A program made the position numbers and the translations under genes. Below are positions 62,232 to 64,000 of a stretch of 64,000 nucleotides of DNA, piece by piece (the stretch's first letter is position 1; each line of letters starts with the position of its first letter). Origin of the DNA: Moniliella sp. 'wahieum' (taxonomy: Eukaryota); assembly GCA_003971905.1 (NCBI GenBank), contig RSEE01000012.1, forward strand, positions 558,001-622,000, written 5' to 3'. The notes under the pieces are model-generated. The model was not told the DNA's origin. It did not search any database and saw only the letters and a list, made by a program, of their open reading frames with translations.

Positions 62232-64000
62232 CTACGCCTCTGCGTCTGGTTCCGCTTCCGCCTCGCCCGACGTCAGAAGAGGTTCTGTCGCCGCATCAAC
62301 AGGCACAGCGTTGCCTGCCACAAGACCAACAAGGACTGGCCAATAGGTCGCCATGAGCGCCTTGAGCGGGACCGAGACCGCCAGCACAGCTGCCCCCCCA
62401 AACAGGGCAACGGCCCACCCGATGGGCGGTGCATCCCATTGTGGGTCGTAGGGGAAGGGTGCATCAACAAGTAGCACGCCCCCACCCACACCAGGGGGCC
62501 GGACAAGCTGGATACCACGGTCGAGGACGTGAACGGCTGGGAGCCCGCTCTTAGACGGGCCAGTGGCACCCAGCACCCCGATAGCCACCGTTTGGTTCGC
62601 AGGTACGGTCGGTGGTGTCCATGCCCCAGTTTGCACCTCGCCTTCCACAGGAAGGATACGGATAGAAAGTTGATTGAGCCGGTGATTCGCACATGTGCCC
62701 CATGTCGCTCCGTCGGTCAAATCCACCGGTACCAGTGAAGCACGCTCAAAGGCGCTCGGCCCATCTCCTGGCGGTGCCGGGGGCCAAACTTTCTTCTTTC
62801 CCCATTCAACGGGGGCGTCGACCGGAGCACAGTCCTCCGTCGCACCGGGGAGCTTGAGAATGTGTCTGGAGACAAACGATTCTCTTTCCTCCGAGTTGTT
62901 GCGAAGCAGGGCAAGCAAATCGGGCGTGAATGCTCGTGAAATGGGGGACACCACAACATAGGGCCTGGGCAATTCAGCAGGTGAGGCAACGGTGGAGTTG
63001 TATGTCAACCCGAGAATGTGGGCAAATCGTGTTGTTGCAACCATCTCATGCATCTCAACCAGACCTGAAGAGAGTAACAAGTCCGCCTGCAAAAATGAAA
63101 GGAATGGTTGGTTTACCACAGCAGATAACAAGAGAAAAGTGAGAACAAAGGACGTACGATAGTAACGGTCAAGTTAGCGGGAAAGATGAGAGTGTCACCA
63201 AGTGTAAGGGTCCCGCGTTGGTGAGAATGTCATGTACTCCTTCGAGGTTGGCAGATCGATCCCACCTCTCAGGGGTGAAGACCTGATGACTCGGGGATGT
63301 AGCCGGGTCATTGGGCTCCAGTGTGACAAGAGTGAGGTTTCCCCCTTCCAAGGTAGGATAGGACTGATTCGCAGCCGAGACGAACGCGAACGGCTGTTGA
63401 ACACTCGATTGCTTCTTGCCTGGTGAGTTGGGCAGCTGAGGGAATCGGGACGTGTAGACCACGTCATGCACAAACGTCGCTTGGATTAAATGATCCAGCT
63501 TCCCGTCACATGGACCAATGCGTTACGGAACAATTCACCCAATGTGGAGGGGGATATGCCTCATCTCGCGGGATCAGCCCCGTGACCCTGTTGCTCTGAA
63601 GGAGAAGGGCCTCGGTCTGATTGGCCGCGGCCAGCCAAGCACCGAATGTGCCGATCGGAACAGGGGACCGGCTGGTACTAATATCCTTCAGTACCTCGGA
63701 CACACTCCCAGGCGGAGTGAGAGCATCCTTCAACAACCAGACCACATCTTGCCTCGCTCCTACCAGCAACGGCTCCATCGTCTGCACCTCTCTCCCGCCA
63801 AATGTGATGGTCGTCGTCAGGGGAGACGTCTCCCCAGCTTGCACACGCACATCCAGCCGCTGCCTTTCTCCCCCAAGACCAGAAGGACGCAGTTCGGTCG
63901 TTACTAGGCGCCGCGTCGTTCCCCGACGAGTCAAGTTGGCTAACCCCCACCCGGTAGGGAGGAGGTGGTACTGCAACTGCTCTTTCTGATCACCAAGGGC
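62232..64000 (-). CDS. Fasciclin (FAS1) domain membrane protein, 3' part only
   Basis: FAS1-like motifs LQYHLLP, VTGLIPRDEAY, YVVVSPISRAF, SRHILKLP, VHVLDRGI; C-terminal hydrophobic segment IGWAVALFGGAAVLAVSV. Runs off the window end. Confidence 0.65.

Noticed and set aside
1..64000. tRNA, rRNA or spliceosomal snRNA genes
   Set aside because: None were recognised by eye; a tRNAscan-SE or Infernal run would be needed to exclude them.

Overview
This is 64 kb of GC-rich, intron-poor fungal nuclear DNA. It is a basidiomycete, probably Ustilaginomycotina-like (inferred from protein features and low intron density). The assembly has many single-base indels typical of uncorrected long reads, so most long genes, including essential SEC61 and ATP1, appear split across frames. 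Gene order: LtrA-like (partial), divergent ubiquitin-like/eL40 fusion, mitochondrial uS9, KHDC4-like KH protein, chitin deacetylase, VPS53, SEC61, two hypothetical genes, WDR48/UAF1-like, mitochondrial bL21, ATP1, a full-length recently inserted Ty1/copia LTR retrotransposon, adenylate cyclase, MMS2, TIM22, STE6-like ABCB exporter, DH-PH RhoGEF, and a fasciclin-domain protein (partial). Three observations stand out. (1) The eL40 fusion partner is only about 55% identical to ubiquitin and has lost R72 and R74, resembling FUBI. (2) The copia element separates gag and pol by a single in-frame UAG followed by an 8-nt spacer and a GC-rich stem-loop, a stop-readthrough-type architecture, and it has a non-canonical PBS. 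(3) Intergenic DNA throughout the window carries 7-bp tandem arrays built from a constant TGA/TCA plus varying 4-bp palindromes. Start and end coordinates of frameshifted genes are approximate.
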